DNA from: the human T2T-CHM13v2.0 reference genome, Homo sapiens
Direction: 5' to 3' (one strand)
DNA: 64,000 bases
NCBI RefSeq assembly: GCF_009914755.1
Contig: NC_060941.1
Shown here: positions 62,255 to 64,000 of the stretch, one piece after another
How the letters are laid out: each line of letters starts with the position of its first letter
Numbering within the stretch: position 1 is the stretch's first letter
The notes under the pieces: model-generated
Database searches by the model: none
What the model was told of the DNA's origin: nothing
The model's input: only the letters and a program-made list of their open reading frames with translations
Made by a program: the position numbers and the translations under genes

Positions 62255-64000
62255 TAAAAGCATAAACAAGATCGATGGTCCACTAGCTAGATTAACAAAG
62301 AAAAAAAAAAGAGAGAAGAACCCAATAAGCACAATCAGAAATGACAAAGGTAACATTACAGCTGATCCCACAGCAAGACAAAGACTCCTCAGAGACTACT
62401 ATTAACATCTCTAAGAGCACAAACTAGAAAATTTAGAGGATACGGAAAAATTCCTGGAAGCACACAACCTCCCAAGACTGAATCAGGAGAAACTGAAACG
62501 CTGAAGAGACCAATATTGAGTTCTGAGACTGAATCAATAATAAAAAACCTACCAACCAAAAAAACAAAACAAAACAAAACAAAAAACACCCAGACCAGAT
62601 GGAATAGCCAAATTCTACCAGACATACAAAGAAGAGCTGGTACCAATTCTACTAAAACTATCCAAAAAATCGAGGAGGAGGGACTGTGCTCTAACTCATT
62701 CTACAAAATCAGCATCGCCCTGCTACCAAAAGCTGGCAAAGACACAACAAAAAAAAATAAAAAACTACAGGCCAATATCCCTGATGAACATAGACACAAA
62801 AATCTTCAACAAAATACTAGCCAACAGAATCTAGCAGCACATCAAAAAGTTAATTCACCACAATCAAGTAGGCTTCATTTGTAGGATGCAACATTGGTTC
62901 AACATACGCAAATCAATAAATGTGATTCACCACATAAACAGAATTAGAAACAAAGACCATATGATTATCTCAATACATGTGGAAAAAGCCTTCAATAGAA
63001 TCCAACATCCGTTCATGATAAAAAAAAAAAAACTCAACAAACCAGGCATTGAAGGAACCTATTATTATTATATAATAAAGTATTATCCATATGATAAAGT
63101 AGTATCACAAAATAATAAGAGCCATCTATGACAAATCCACAGCCAACATCATACCAAATGAGCCAAAGCAGAAAGCATTTCCCCAGAGAACTGGAACAAG
63201 ACAAGGATGCCCACTCTCACCACTCCTATTTAATATAGTACTAGAAGTCCTAGCCAGAGCAATCAGGCAAGAGGAAGAAATAAAAGGCATCCAAATAGGA
63301 AAAAAAGAAGTTAAACCATCTCTGTTCACTGGTTATATGATTCTATGCCTGGAAAACCCTGAAAACTGCCAAAAGCCTCCTGGATCTGATAAAAATTTCA
63401 ATAAAGTTTCAGGATACAAAATCAATGTAGAAAAATCAGTAGCCTTTCTACATAACAATAACATTCAAGCTACAAGCAAGATCAAGAATGCAATTCCATT
63501 TACAATAACCACAAAAAAAAACTAGAAATACATCTAACCAAGGAGGTGATCTCTATAAGGAGAACTACAAAACGCTGTTGAAAGAAATCATAGATGACAC
63601 AAACAAATGGAAAAACATTCCATGCTCATGGATGGGAAGGATCAATACTGTTAAAATAGCCACACTGTCCAAAGCAATCTAAAGATTCAATGCAATTCCT
63701 ATCAAACAACCAGCATCATTTTTTACAGAACTAGAGAAAAATCTAAAATTCATATGGAACCAAAAAGAGCCTAAATGGCCAAAGCAATCTTAAGCAAAAA
63801 GAACAAAGCTAGAGGAAATCACATTACTTAACTTCAAACTATACCATAAGGCTACAATAACCAGAACAGCAGTACTGGTACAAAAACAGACACATAGATC
63901 AATGGAACAGAATAGAGAACCCAGAAATAAAGCCACACACCTGGTAGCCATCTGATTTTCAACAAGGCTGACAAAAATAAGCAGTGGGGAAAGGGTTCCC
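62255..64000 (+). mobile_element. L1 ORF2 pseudo-fragment (linker and RT region), the inverted 5' part of the preceding L1; runs off the window
   Basis: Frameshifted ORF2 peptides ([26 protein letters not shown]; [24 protein letters not shown]); the catalytic FADD motif has decayed to FTGY at ~63325. Confidence 0.93.

Noticed and set aside
62255-64000. Active reverse transcriptase gene
   Set aside because: Frameshifted L1 ORF2 with a destroyed catalytic motif

Overview
Primate (human-like) genomic DNA. Bases 492-844 are the last coding exon of WSCD1 (WSC-domain sialate O-sulfotransferase; human 17p13 from recall). A 3' UTR of about 3.8 kb follows, and its most likely poly(A) signal (AATAAA 4589-4594) lies inside a sense-oriented MLT1 (MaLR) LTR. 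The remaining ~59 kb looks intergenic and repeat-rich: about 17 Alus, several truncated L1s, L2/MIR relics, many MaLR solo LTRs, hAT-Charlie DNA transposons and mini/microsatellites. Repeat-free, homeodomain-motif-rich blocks between them may be enhancers. Apart from the WSCD1 exon and dead L1 ORF2 fragments, no listed ORF is a credible gene. I found no evidence of a new multi-gene system. The most unusual signal is a set of local copy-paste or fold-back scars, recognisable because they interrupt old repeats: a 124-bp inverted copy inside an L2, a ~128-bp direct copy with a hairpin junction inside an LTR, and three short palindromic inserts. Also notable are two adjacent 5'-inverted (twin-primed) L1s, a cruciform-capable AT palindrome and a possible decayed antisense exon in the WSCD1 3' UTR. 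Repeat subfamily names are by-eye calls, and boundaries of old repeats are approximate.
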